A stretch of DNA of 64,000 nucleotides from an uncultured Bacilli bacterium. GTDB lineage: Bacteria; Bacillota_I; Bacilli_A; RFN20; CAG-826. Each line of letters starts with the position of its first letter. Position 1 is the first letter of the stretch. The DNA lies in the NCBI GenBank assembly GCA_944336335.1, contig CALVLC010000029.1, positions 21,844 to 85,843 of the forward strand, given 5' to 3'. The notes beneath the pieces were generated by a model. That model was not told the origin of the DNA, did not search any database, and saw only the letters and a program-made list of their open reading frames with translations. This document shows, in pieces, positions 52,880-62,470 of the stretch. The position numbers were made by a program, and so were the translations under genes.

Positions 52880-53629
52880 TTATATAATTTCAAGATTAGA
52901 AATACCTTCATGCTTCTTTAATTCTTCAACTTCGTTCTCACTAAAAACTCTTTTAGCAACTACTAAAACTTGAATTTTTGTCGGTTCGAATTTCTTTAAC
53001 ATTTTTATACAACTTCTTAAAGTTGACCCCGTTGTACAAACATCATCAACGAACAACAATTTTTTACCTTTAAAATCTATGCTCTCCTCATTTTTTAAAT
53101 GGATATATTTATAAACTTCCTTTCTGTCTTTGTATTTTTGATTTGATTGTTTATGTTTTTCACTTTTATAAAATATGTCGCGTATTTTTAAGCCAAGACA
53201 ACTAAACATATAATAAACATGATTTTCTTCTTTATGAGAAGGAACTAGCACTATTTCAAAATCATGATATAAAGTTTTTAGTTCTGATATAAAAGGTGCG
53301 ATAAAAACATTAGCTAACTCAAAATCACCACATCCTTTATATTGATATATCTTTTCTTTAACAAAGTCAGCATATTCATAAATCGCTAAACATTCAGTAT
53401 CATCTATCTTAAACTCTATAAATTTAGGACTTAAATGGTTCAAACAGTTATAACAAATAATTCCGTTATTTAAAAAGTCGTGGTAAGCACCATTCTTTAT
53501 TTCTTTAAAACAAATCTTACAAACTTTTGTTGGCATTGATAATTGTTTGGCGGGCTTCAACCATCTCTTTAGTTTTTCTAGTTCCGATAAAAATAACTTC
53601 TCCATCTGTTGCATCTTTTTTTCTTCCAA
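52880..53629 (-). CDS. comFC: ComF-family protein ComFC (phosphoribosyltransferase-like)
   Basis: N-terminal CKIC..CYNC zinc motif and PRTase loop LLFVDDVCTTGSTL. The true start may be Met32 (53536), which reduces the overlap with comFA. Confidence 0.8.
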   Translation of the reverse strand: MEEKKMQQMEKLFLSELEKLKRWLKPAKQLSMPTKVCKICFKEIKNGAYHDFLNNGIICYNCLNHLSPKFIEFKIDDTECLAIYEYADFVKEKIYQYKGCGDFELANVFIAPFISELKTLYHDFEIVLVPSHKEENHVYYMFSCLGLKIRDIFYKSEKHKQSNQKYKDRKEVYKYIHLKNEESIDFKGKKLLFVDDVCTTGSTLRSCIKMLKKFEPTKIQVLVVAKRVFSENEVEELKKHEGISNLEII

Positions 53630-54653
53630 CTCGACCAGAGATTTGGATTAAAGCTTCTTTTGTGTATATAAAAGATGAGGCGTTAAAGATTATCACCTGT
53701 AAATTCTTTAATGTGACTCCTCTTTCAAGGACCGCTGTTGTAACTAAAAATTTATATTCGTGATTTCTGAATTTTTCAATACGCAAACTTCGATCTTTGC
53801 ATTTAGAATGTACGAAGTTTCCAGAAACCTTAAATAATCTCATTATCATAAACAAATTTTCACACTCTTCTATAGTTGGCGCAAATATCAAAAGTGGCTT
53901 ATCTTCTTTCATAAACCTGCAAAACTTAAAACAAAGATAAAAATAATTAACAATTTTTAAGTTCACAAAAATTGATGGTTCGGGAATCTTTTTACCATGA
54001 TAACGCTTAAATAAAGTTACAACATCATGATCTTTTTGATGATATTTTGATAGTAATTTTTCAGAAGGTGTAGCTGACATTAAAACATGGTTGCCGCGAA
54101 CACTCCTTTCAAAAAAGCTTTCTAAAACATCATTATCTTTATACGGAAAAGCATCAACTTCATCTAAAACCAAAAGATCAAAATATTTTTCATAACGAAA
54201 CAATTGATGAGTTGTTAAACAAATAATATCACCTTCTAAAACCGAATTATGTCCACCATAAACACAAATTACTTTGTAATTTTTAAATGCATCTTGAAGT
54301 CTAGTTGCAAGTTCAATTACTACATCTCTCCTCGGAATTGCAAAACCGACTTGTAAATGATTTTTTAATGCAAACTCTATTGTTGCATATACAAGTTCGG
54401 TTTTGCCCGCTCCGCAAACAGCATAAATGAGTGTATTGATTTTCTTTTTATAATTGTTAAGCACTGCACTAGACACTCTTTTTTGATCTTCGCTTAATTC
54501 ATAATCGATTTTTAGGTATCCTCTATATGAGTGATATTCGAATTCTTCCGCTGCTTCTCCTTTAAAAGAAATGCATTTTCGACAATAAGGAACACCATTT
54601 TTATAGCCTATGTATTTTTCATCTTCATTACCGCATAAAGAACACTTAAATAT
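53517..54653 (-). CDS. comFA: Competence helicase ComFA (DEAD/DEAH-like), extended 5' to include an in-frame zinc ribbon; non-canonical start
   Basis: Walker A AVCGAGKTE, DEVD box, SAT (SATP). The frame stays open 177 nt upstream of the first canonical start (GTG 54476) and encodes CSLCG-x16-CRKC. ATA 54653-54651 is the first sense codon after an in-frame TAA, 9 nt from GGAGG. Confidence 0.75.
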   Translation of the reverse strand: MFKCSLCGNEDEKYIGYKNGVPYCRKCISFKGEAAEEFEYHSYRGYLKIDYELSEDQKRVSSAVLNNYKKKINTLIYAVCGAGKTELVYATIEFALKNHLQVGFAIPRRDVVIELATRLQDAFKNYKVICVYGGHNSVLEGDIICLTTHQLFRYEKYFDLLVLDEVDAFPYKDNDVLESFFERSVRGNHVLMSATPSEKLLSKYHQKDHDVVTLFKRYHGKKIPEPSIFVNLKIVNYFYLCFKFCRFMKEDKPLLIFAPTIEECENLFMIMRLFKVSGNFVHSKCKDRSLRIEKFRNHEYKFLVTTAVLERGVTLKNLQVIIFNASSFIYTKEALIQISGRVGRKKDATDGEVIFIGTRKTKEMVEARQTIINANKSL

Positions 54654-54689
54654 TTAAAAAAACCTCCTTTCACTAATATAAAGGAGGTT
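54654..54689 (-). terminator. Rho-independent terminator after rpiB. Its 3' arm is the comFA Shine-Dalgarno.
   Basis: On the minus strand: AACCTCCTTT-atattagtg-AAAGGAGGTT followed by TTTTT. Confidence 0.8.
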
Positions 54690-54722
54690 TTGCGGAAAAA
54701 TTTAAAAATTTTTGAAATTTTT

Positions 54723-55160
54723 TTAGTTTTCGTAATTAATTATCGTATTTACTCTTTTTTCGTGTCTTCCGCCTTCAAATTTTGCATTCAAAAAGATGTC
54801 AACTCTTCTAAGAACATCTTCTAAAGTCATAAATGATTGACCAAAAGTTATCATGTTAGCGTTATTGTGTTCTCTAGTTAAATGTGAAACTTCATCGTTA
54901 TATCCAATTCCACATCTGATTCCTTTGACTTTGTTTGCGGCCATACAAACTCCTTCGCCACTGCTACAAACCAAAATTCCTAAATCAGCTTTCCCACTAG
55001 CAACATTTTCTGCAGCTTTTAATGCGAACTCAGCATAGTTACAAGAATCTAAAGATGTTGTTCCAACATCAATTACTTTATGGTTCAAAGATTCTAAGTG
55101 CTTTTTTACTTCTTCCTTATATTTAAATCCTGCGTGATCGCTTCCAACTATAATAATCAT
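54723..55160 (-). CDS. rpiB: Ribose-5-phosphate isomerase B (RpiB/LacAB family)
   Basis: MIIIVGSDHAGF start, active-site region VCSSGEGVCMAANK, and RHEKRV near the C-terminus. Confidence 0.9.
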   Translation of the reverse strand: MIIIVGSDHAGFKYKEEVKKHLESLNHKVIDVGTTSLDSCNYAEFALKAAENVASGKADLGILVCSSGEGVCMAANKVKGIRCGIGYNDEVSHLTREHNNANMITFGQSFMTLEDVLRRVDIFLNAKFEGGRHEKRVNTIINYEN

Positions 55161-55759
55161 TTTGTTGCCTCCACAATATCTGTAAGTTTAATTTCACCTG
55201 GTCTTATTTGTATTATATCGTCATTTACGATTTTAAAAATAGCTGATGGTATGTTGCTTTCGCATTTCCCTTTAACAACAGCATCTAATGTATCGTGAAA
55301 ATATCTAATTACTTCTTGATGAGATTTTGCTGGTGGAAAAGAAGAAATATTTGCACTTGGAACTAATAATGGTGTTCCAACTTTTTCTATTAATGTTTTT
55401 ACAAAATTATCATCTGGTATTCTTACTCCAACATAACCTGTGCCTAAATCAATAAATTTAGGAACTGAAGTTTTAGCCTTTAAGATTAATGTAATTGGAC
55501 CAGGCATAAATTTTTCAATAATTTTTCTTGTCAAATCATTAATTTCAACAATATCTTCAAAATCTTTTATTGAAGAACACATTAAAGTAAAGGGTTTGTC
55601 ATTTGGTCGATGCTTTACTTCTACTAATTTGTCATAATTTTCTTTCGAAGTTGCTCTTATTCCCAAACCAAAAACAGTTTCGGTAGGAAAAGCAATAATT
55701 CCATCACTTTTTAGTATATCGGCGCATGTATCAACGTCTTTATCAGTCAAAATTTTCAT
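55157..55759 (-). CDS. tsaC: L-threonylcarbamoyladenylate synthase (YrdC/TsaC-type, single domain)
   Basis: YrdC-domain blocks AFPTETVFGLG, KHRPNDKPFTL, SANISS. Confidence 0.85.
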   Translation of the reverse strand: MKILTDKDVDTCADILKSDGIIAFPTETVFGLGIRATSKENYDKLVEVKHRPNDKPFTLMCSSIKDFEDIVEINDLTRKIIEKFMPGPITLILKAKTSVPKFIDLGTGYVGVRIPDDNFVKTLIEKVGTPLLVPSANISSFPPAKSHQEVIRYFHDTLDAVVKGKCESNIPSAIFKIVNDDIIQIRPGEIKLTDIVEATK

Positions 55760-56616
55760 AATTCATAACCTCTTGATACAAATAAGAAACGTACTCTGTC
55801 ATAAATATCTTTTACAAAAGAAAAACAAACTCCATCCTCAAAATATTTTGATAACAAAGAAGTAAGTTTTTCTTTTTGATCATAATTAATTTCAAAAGCT
55901 AGTAAGAAATTATCATTTAAAACATCTTTGTAGTGCTTAAAAACTTCTTCATAAAATGCTGTTCCATCTTCTGAATAAATCGCATTCATTGGTTCATTAT
56001 TTTTAACTTTTTCCTCAATGTCATTTTTATTTTCTACATAAGGAGGATTAGAAATTATTACATCAAATTTCTTTTTCACCTTAATAAAAGGTTCAAGTTT
56101 ATCGCCTTGTACAAAGTTAATATCTAATTTAAAGTTTTCGGCATTTTTCTTTGCGACATCTAAAGCATCAAAAGAAATATCACTAGCAAAAATGTTTGAA
56201 TCAGGAAATGACTTTTTTAAATATAAAGCAATGCATCCAGAACCAGTGCACATGTCAAGAATAGAATCATTTTTAATATTAAGTTTCTTTATTAAGTCAC
56301 AAGTTCTTAAAACAAGTTCTTCGGTTTCAACTCTTGGAATCAAAACTCTTTCATCTACATAAACATTTAAATCTATAAATGGTGCCTCATTTAAAACATA
56401 TTGAATAGGTAAACCATTAAACAATTTTTGCTTTAATTCAAAAAAATAGTTGAGATTTGCAACGTTTTTGTCAAAATTCAAAGTAAGTTGACTATAATTT
56501 TCTAAGTTATTTACTTTCTCTAAAAGTAGAAAAATCTCGCTTTTAGAAATCTCTAAAGACTTTTCTTTTATTTCTTTAAGTGTTTCGAAATATAATTCTC
56601 TATTAGTTAATGCCAT
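55756..56616 (-). CDS. prmC: Release-factor glutamine N5-methyltransferase
   Basis: SAM motif DMCTGSGCIAL and catalytic NPPY (ISNPPYV). Start set at Met18 of the track ORF (14-nt overlap with prfA). Confidence 0.9.
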   Translation of the reverse strand: MALTNRELYFETLKEIKEKSLEISKSEIFLLLEKVNNLENYSQLTLNFDKNVANLNYFFELKQKLFNGLPIQYVLNEAPFIDLNVYVDERVLIPRVETEELVLRTCDLIKKLNIKNDSILDMCTGSGCIALYLKKSFPDSNIFASDISFDALDVAKKNAENFKLDINFVQGDKLEPFIKVKKKFDVIISNPPYVENKNDIEEKVKNNEPMNAIYSEDGTAFYEEVFKHYKDVLNDNFLLAFEINYDQKEKLTSLLSKYFEDGVCFSFVKDIYDRVRFLFVSRGYEL

Positions 56617-57688
56617 CTTTATTGCCAGCAATTTTTTGTTCTTGATCGTAATTGATGAGTGCATCAATAATTGCGTCTAAATCACCATTAATTACTCTAT
56701 CAAGTTGTTGAATTGTAAATCCAATTCTGTGGTCAGTAACACGGTTTTGTGGATAGTTATAAGTTCTAATTTTCTCGTTTCTATCACCGCTTCCGATTTT
56801 ACTTCTATATTGTGCTTCAGTTTTTTCTTTCTTTTCTTCTTCTAATTGAGCTAATTTAGAAGCTAACATTTGCATACAAATTTCATGGTTTTGAATTTGA
56901 GATTTTTCAGTTTGACAAGAAACAACTATTCCAGAAGGAATATGTGTAATTCTTACGGCTGATTCGGTTTTATTGACGTTTTGTCCACCTGCTCCTTGCG
57001 ATCTATAACGATCAACTTTTAAATCAGCTGGATTAATATTAACTTCGTTTGTTTCAACTTGAGGCATAACGACTACAGTTGCTGTTGAAGTATGAATTCT
57101 ACCATTTGCTTCAGTCTTTGGAACTCTTTGAACTCTATGAACGCCGCTTTCAAACTTTAATCTAGAATAAGCATCATCGCCACTTACAACAAATGAAACA
57201 TATGAATATCCACCAACTCCAGTTGGAGATTCATCTAAAACCTTAACGTGCCAGCCTTTTGTTTCACAATATCTAACATACATTCTAAAAAGATCGCCAG
57301 CAAAAATATTGGCTTCATCACCACCGACTGCCCCTTTGATTTCAAAAATAATGTCTTTTCCGTCGTTTGGATCTTTAGGAATCAATAAGATTTTTAAGTC
57401 GTCTTCAATTTTTTCAAGGAGAGATTCGTTTCTTTTTAATTCTTCTTTTCCCATAGCTGCAATCTCTGCATCTTGATCTCCGCACATAATAAGTGCGTCG
57501 TTTTTATTTTGTTCAGCGTATGTATATTCGTGAAATTTTTCTACAATTGGTTCAAGTTGACTTCTTTCTTTATTTAGTTTCTTAAATAAATTCATGTCGC
57601 TAGCGGTATCTGGTTGTAACAATAAATCATCGATTTCGTTTAATCTTTTTTCACTTGTTATTAATCTATCACGCATACTTTTATCCAT
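56603..57688 (-). CDS. prfA: Peptide chain release factor 1
   Basis: GGQ motif region [26 protein letters not shown]1-type length, no frameshift. Confidence 0.96.
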   Translation of the reverse strand: MDKSMRDRLITSEKRLNEIDDLLLQPDTASDMNLFKKLNKERSQLEPIVEKFHEYTYAEQNKNDALIMCGDQDAEIAAMGKEELKRNESLLEKIEDDLKILLIPKDPNDGKDIIFEIKGAVGGDEANIFAGDLFRMYVRYCETKGWHVKVLDESPTGVGGYSYVSFVVSGDDAYSRLKFESGVHRVQRVPKTEANGRIHTSTATVVVMPQVETNEVNINPADLKVDRYRSQGAGGQNVNKTESAVRITHIPSGIVVSCQTEKSQIQNHEICMQMLASKLAQLEEEKKEKTEAQYRSKIGSGDRNEKIRTYNYPQNRVTDHRIGFTIQQLDRVINGDLDAIIDALINYDQEQKIAGNKDGIN

Positions 57689-57802
57689 AATTCGATACCT
57701 CCTAAAGCCAAGAAATTATACAAAAAAATCAACCAAAATTAAATAATGATAAAGCCCTACAAACAATACGCTTATTTAAAATGCTTCATTTCTATTACTG
57801 TT

Positions 57803-57856
57803 TTTATACAAAAAACCTACTAAAAATATACTAATTTACTTAAAAACCATGCAAAA
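57803..57856 (-). repeat. Intergenic element copy D
   Basis: Minus strand: TTTTGCATGGTTTTTAAGTAAATTAGTATATTTTTAGTAGGTTTTTTGTATAAA. Hexamers begin at 57834, 57823 and 57812. Confidence 0.8.
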
Positions 57857-57862
57857 CTAACG

Positions 57863-59644
57863 TTAATTAGAAATTTTAAGTTCAGCATTCAACATAGCGT
57901 CTTCGTGTGTTTCTTTGTCCCTAAATTGCAATTCATATAATAATTTATAAGCGCCATTTTGTTTTATAAGTTCATCGTGACTACCTTGTTCTTTGATTTT
58001 GCCTTCTGAAATAACCATTATTTCATCAGCGTTTCTAATAGTTGAAAGTCTATGAGCAACAACAATAGTTGTTCTTCCTTTACACAACTCATCAAGAGCA
58101 TTTTGAATTAACAATTCTGTTGTATTATCTAGTGCACTAGTTGCTTCATCTAAAATTAAAATTGAAGGATTTTTCAAAAATATTCTAGCTATTGATAAAC
58201 GTTGTTTTTGTCCTCCTGATAATTTAACACCTCTTTCACCAATCTGAGTTTCAAATCCGTCAGGCAAAGACATAATGTAATCATAAATATTTGCTTTTTT
58301 AGCTGCATCAATTAATTCTTCTTCGCTTGCATCTAAATTGCCATATAGAATATTGTCTTTAATTGTTCCTCCAAATAAAAATACATCTTGTTGAACAATA
58401 CCAATTTGCTTTCTTAAAGAATCTAAAGTATATTCTTTAATATTTGTTCCATCTATAGTAATTTCACCACTACTTACATCATAAAATCTAGGAATAAGAT
58501 GACAAATTGTCGTTTTTCCTCCGCCACTAGGACCAACCAAAGCAACTTTTTCACCATGCGGCACATTAAAGGAAACATCTTTTAAAATTCCTTTTGAGCT
58601 TTTGTAATGAAAACTAACATGATTAAAAGAAATATTTCCATTTAATTTAGGGCAAATCTTGCTTCCTTCATATAACGTTTCTTCTTCCTCGTCCATAATC
58701 TCAAGGAATCTTTTAAAACCAGTTGTTCCATTTTGGAATTGCTCAACAAAGTTTATTAATTGATTCATTGGAGTAATGAACATATTTACTGAAATAATAA
58801 ATGTTGAATAATCAGCTAAATCAATTTGACCATTATAAAGAAATAAACCACCCGCAATTAAAACAATAATATTAAATACATCTGTAATAAATTGAGAAGA
58901 TGCAAAGAATTTACCCATTGCATCAAAAGCAGAACTTCTAGCTTTTACAAACTCTTGATTAGTGACTTCGAATTTTTCTTGTTCTTTTTTGATATTAGTA
59001 AAAGCTTTCGTGACTCGAATTCCAGAAATAGAAGATTCTAAAGAACTATTAACATCTGCCATCGCAATTTTTGATTCCATCATTGCTACTCTCATTTTGT
59101 GGCGAAAATGAGATGTAACAAAGAAAAGTAAAGGTACACAAGCAAAAATTATTAAGGCTAGAATCCAGTTTATAATTGCTAGATAAACTAAACTAGCAAG
59201 TAAAGTAAAACCGGCAATAAAGATGTTTTCAGGGCCGTGATGAGCAAGTTCGGAAATATCAAAAAGATCGTTTGTCATTCTGGACATAATATTTCCAGTT
59301 TTATGTTCGTCATAATAAGTATATGGAAGTTTTTCCAATTTGTTGAACATATCGCTTCTCATCTCTGCTTGCATTCTGACGCCCATGATATGTCCATAAT
59401 ATTGGATAAAATATCTCAAAAACATTCTAAGAATATAAACCGCAAATAAAGAAAATCCAAAAATTAATACTAGGTCAATTTTCTTATTAGGAATAAAATC
59501 ATTTAACATATATCTAGTTATAATTGGATACCCCATACCAATAACAGCCACTAAAAAGGCAGCCGCCATATCTGCGAAAAATATCTTTTTATGAGGTTTG
59601 TAATATTTAATAAATCTTTTTAATAAATAAATATTGCTGTCCAT
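57863..59644 (-). CDS. ABC exporter (TMD-NBD fusion, MsbA/multidrug type)
   Basis: Six-TM domain, Walker A GPSGGGKTT, LSGGQKQR, ILILDEATSALD. Confidence 0.85.
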   Translation of the reverse strand: MDSNIYLLKRFIKYYKPHKKIFFADMAAAFLVAVIGMGYPIITRYMLNDFIPNKKIDLVLIFGFSLFAVYILRMFLRYFIQYYGHIMGVRMQAEMRSDMFNKLEKLPYTYYDEHKTGNIMSRMTNDLFDISELAHHGPENIFIAGFTLLASLVYLAIINWILALIIFACVPLLFFVTSHFRHKMRVAMMESKIAMADVNSSLESSISGIRVTKAFTNIKKEQEKFEVTNQEFVKARSSAFDAMGKFFASSQFITDVFNIIVLIAGGLFLYNGQIDLADYSTFIISVNMFITPMNQLINFVEQFQNGTTGFKRFLEIMDEEEETLYEGSKICPKLNGNISFNHVSFHYKSSKGILKDVSFNVPHGEKVALVGPSGGGKTTICHLIPRFYDVSSGEITIDGTNIKEYTLDSLRKQIGIVQQDVFLFGGTIKDNILYGNLDASEEELIDAAKKANIYDYIMSLPDGFETQIGERGVKLSGGQKQRLSIARIFLKNPSILILDEATSALDNTTELLIQNALDELCKGRTTIVVAHRLSTIRNADEIMVISEGKIKEQGSHDELIKQNGAYKLLYELQFRDKETHEDAMLNAELKISN

Positions 59645-59807
59645 TTTTGTATGCCCCTTATCGAGTAAAATATTTTCGCAAAAACGTCTTTGATTTTCAA
59701 TCTTTAAAAGCCTTCAATTGGTTAAAATCTTTAATTTGTTTTAGCATTTTTTCGAACAAATATTTTCTCTATTTTACCTTTTGTCTTTTTTAACCGTTTA
59801 ATTAACG

Positions 59808-59815
59808 TGTATAAT
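59808..59815 (+). promoter_or_regulatory. Extended -10 element (TGTATAAT) upstream of dnaX
   Basis: It sits 17 nt upstream of the dnaX ATG region. No clear -35. Confidence 0.4.
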
Positions 59816-59832
59816 TAATAAAGGTATTATTC

Positions 59833-61536
59833 ATGTCGTATTTAGCACTTTATAGAAAATATAGAAGCAAAAATTTTGATGAACTTGTTGGTCAAGAATC
59901 TATCAAGCAAACTCTTGAAAATTCTTTAAAGCTTCAAAAAATTTCTCATGCTTATCTTTTTAGTGGTCCAAGAGGCACAGGTAAAACCAGTGTTGCTCGT
60001 CTTTTTGCAAAGGCTTTAAACTGCGAAAAAGGAAATGGCGAAATTTGTAACGAGTGTGCTAACTGTCAAGCAATAAATGAAGGTTCACATCCTGATGTAA
60101 TTGAAATAGATGCTGCAAGCAATAGCGGAGTCGATGAAGTTAGAGAACTTATTGAAAAAGTAAAATACGCTCCAATACAAGGAAAATACAAAATTTACAT
60201 CATTGACGAAGTTCATATGATGACAAACAGTGCTTTTAACGCTCTTTTAAAAACACTAGAAGAACCACCAAGTTATGTAGTTTTTATCCTTTGCACTACT
60301 GAGCCTTACAAATTATTACCAACAATTTTAAGTAGATGCCAAAGATACGAATTCAAAAAAATTACCGATTCTGAGCTTAAAAGATTAATAACTCATGTTT
60401 TAAAAGAAGAAGGTGTTAGCGCTACAAACGATGCAATTAACTTAATTGTTGAACTTGCCAATGGCGGCGCTCGTGACTCCTTATCTCTTTTAGATCAAGT
60501 CATTTCTTATGCAGGCAGTAACATTGAAGAAGAAGACGTCATTAAAATGTTTGGTCTTGTTTCTAGCCAAGATAAAATTAGACTTTTAGAAGACATCAAA
60601 GAAAAAAATACATTAAGAGTCTTAAAATCTTATGATAGTTTTATTACAAAAAACATCGATTTATCGCGTTTAGTAAACGAACTTCTTACATTATTAAAAG
60701 ATTCGTTGGTTTATCTAAAAACTCGTGATAAAAATTTAATCACTGCTTCTAAAGAGGAAGACGCAAAAGAAATAATGTTAAAATTTAACGAAGGCGAACT
60801 TCTTTTCTATATTGAACAGTTATTAAAATGTCAAAACGAATTTAAAACAACAAATGATCCAAACTTCTTGTTTGAAATATATTTATTAAAATTACTTAAA
60901 ATGGATGAAACGATAAAAGAACAACAAACAGTTGTTAAGGAACCAGTTAAATCCGTAATCGCTCCTATTCAGGTCAAACAAGAAACACCTGTTATCAACA
61001 ATAACCCTGTAAAACCTCAAGATTTTTCTAAAAAAGAAGAAATAAAAGAGGTTAAATCTACTATCGATAGCACTCCTGCTCCAGTAAAACTTAAACCATC
61101 AAATACCGAATTTGCAATTCTTGAAAATGAAGGCGATACTCGACAAGTCACGCTAGATGAACTTATTAAACTTACGATAATTTCAAATAGAGACGAGAGA
61201 AAAGTTTTAAGTGAGAGATGGTTGGCTCTCGAACAATTAGTTAACGATTCAAACGAAGGTCCTTATGCTTCATTATTATTAGACTCTCGTCCATATATTG
61301 TTACAAATTCGAACTTAATATTAATCTGCGATTATAAAAATACTGCTAAAAAAATAAACATCGTCTCAAACCAAGAGGGTTTAAACAAGATTGTTAAAAA
61401 ACTTCTTGGTCGAAAAGTATGCCTTTATGCTCTTAACAGAGATGAATCAACCGAATTAATTAAAAAATATCGCAATCTTCAAGAACTTAATCACTTGCCA
61501 AAGAAGGGTGAAATTGAAGATAATAAATTGTTTTAA
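59833..61536 (+). CDS. dnaX: DNA polymerase III subunit gamma/tau
   Basis: AAA+ clamp-loader motifs GPRGTGKTS, zinc module CNECANC, DEVHM, SRC. Confidence 0.95.
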   Translation: MSYLALYRKYRSKNFDELVGQESIKQTLENSLKLQKISHAYLFSGPRGTGKTSVARLFAKALNCEKGNGEICNECANCQAINEGSHPDVIEIDAASNSGVDEVRELIEKVKYAPIQGKYKIYIIDEVHMMTNSAFNALLKTLEEPPSYVVFILCTTEPYKLLPTILSRCQRYEFKKITDSELKRLITHVLKEEGVSATNDAINLIVELANGGARDSLSLLDQVISYAGSNIEEEDVIKMFGLVSSQDKIRLLEDIKEKNTLRVLKSYDSFITKNIDLSRLVNELLTLLKDSLVYLKTRDKNLITASKEEDAKEIMLKFNEGELLFYIEQLLKCQNEFKTTNDPNFLFEIYLLKLLKMDETIKEQQTVVKEPVKSVIAPIQVKQETPVINNNPVKPQDFSKKEEIKEVKSTIDSTPAPVKLKPSNTEFAILENEGDTRQVTLDELIKLTIISNRDERKVLSERWLALEQLVNDSNEGPYASLLLDSRPYIVTNSNLILICDYKNTAKKINIVSNQEGLNKIVKKLLGRKVCLYALNRDESTELIKKYRNLQELNHLPKKGEIEDNKLF

Positions 61537-61551
61537 AGGAGAAATTACACT

Positions 61552-61857
61552 ATGAACATGCAACAAATGGTCCAAGCTATGCAAAAGCTTCAAAGACAAT
61601 ATGAAAAAGAACATAAATTATTAGAAGAAAAAGAATTTACTTATACAGCTAACGGTGCAATTAAAATTACTTTAAAGGGCGATCTTGAAATCGTTGATAT
61701 CGAAATCTTAGATGATGAACTCTTAAAAGAAAAAGAAGATTTAGTCGAAATGATTAAACTTGCTTATAACGGTTGCAAAGAAGAGGTCAATAACGCTGAA
61801 GAAGAATTAGCTGATAAATTCCAACAAGCCAATCGTAAAGGGGGCTTCCCTTTCTAA
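61552..61857 (+). CDS. ybaB: YbaB/EbfC-family nucleoid-associated protein
   Basis: About 100 aa, conserved position between dnaX and recR, typical MQ..MQKLQ N-terminus. Confidence 0.9.
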   Translation: MNMQQMVQAMQKLQRQYEKEHKLLEEKEFTYTANGAIKITLKGDLEIVDIEILDDELLKEKEDLVEMIKLAYNGCKEEVNNAEEELADKFQQANRKGGFPF

Positions 61858-62457
61858 ATGAAAGATTTAAAAGCTGTTGAAAAATTAGCAGATTCTTTCT
61901 CACTTTTTCCATCAATTGGAGCAAAAACTGCAGAGCGTATGGCCTACGCTCTTTTAGATATGGATGAAAACGACGTTTCTCTTCTTATTAAAAGCATCGA
62001 GGAAGTTAAAGAAAAAATTCATCCTTGTCCAGTTTGCGGTATCCTAACTGAAGAAGAAAAATGTTCAATTTGTTCGAGTGAAGAACGCAATCATGAGCAT
62101 TGCATCGTTGTCGCTTCTTCAAAAGATGTTTTACCGTTTGAAAAAATCGGAACTTATAATGGTGTTTATCATGTTTTGGGCGGATTAATAAATCCAAGCA
62201 AGAACGTTACGCCTGAAAATCTTAAAATTTCGGAATTAGAGCAAAGAATTGACGATGAAGGAATCAAAGAATTAATTATTGCAACTAATGCTACTCCTGA
62301 AGGAGAAATCACAGCTTTATATCTTTCTAAAATTTTAGAAAACAAAAATGTAAATATTACACGTCTTGCTTATGGTATGCCAATTGGAGCTTCTTTTGAC
62401 TATATTGACTCTTTAACTTTAGATAAAGCTTTAAAAGGGCGCACCAAAATAAAATAG
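61858..62457 (+). CDS. recR: Recombination protein RecR
   Basis: HhH motif, C4 zinc finger CPVCG..CSIC, Toprim domain. Confidence 0.95.
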   Translation: MKDLKAVEKLADSFSLFPSIGAKTAERMAYALLDMDENDVSLLIKSIEEVKEKIHPCPVCGILTEEEKCSICSSEERNHEHCIVVASSKDVLPFEKIGTYNGVYHVLGGLINPSKNVTPENLKISELEQRIDDEGIKELIIATNATPEGEITALYLSKILENKNVNITRLAYGMPIGASFDYIDSLTLDKALKGRTKIK

Positions 62458-62470
62458 GAGAATAAAAGAT

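Noticed and set aside
59645-59832. An expected SRP (4.5S/scRNA) gene upstream of dnaX, as in many Bacillota.
   Set aside because: The spacer is uniformly AT-rich with no GC-rich helix or conserved GGAA/AGCA domain IV motif.
60603-60609. A AAA AAT heptamer in the dnaX zero frame as a possible -1 frameshift site producing a gamma subunit (also AAAAAAG near 61029-61035).
   Set aside because: AAT to AAA re-pairing is poor for tRNA-Asn. There is no downstream stem-loop or upstream SD, and the site is too early (codon ~257). The AAAAAAG run is out of register with the reading frame.
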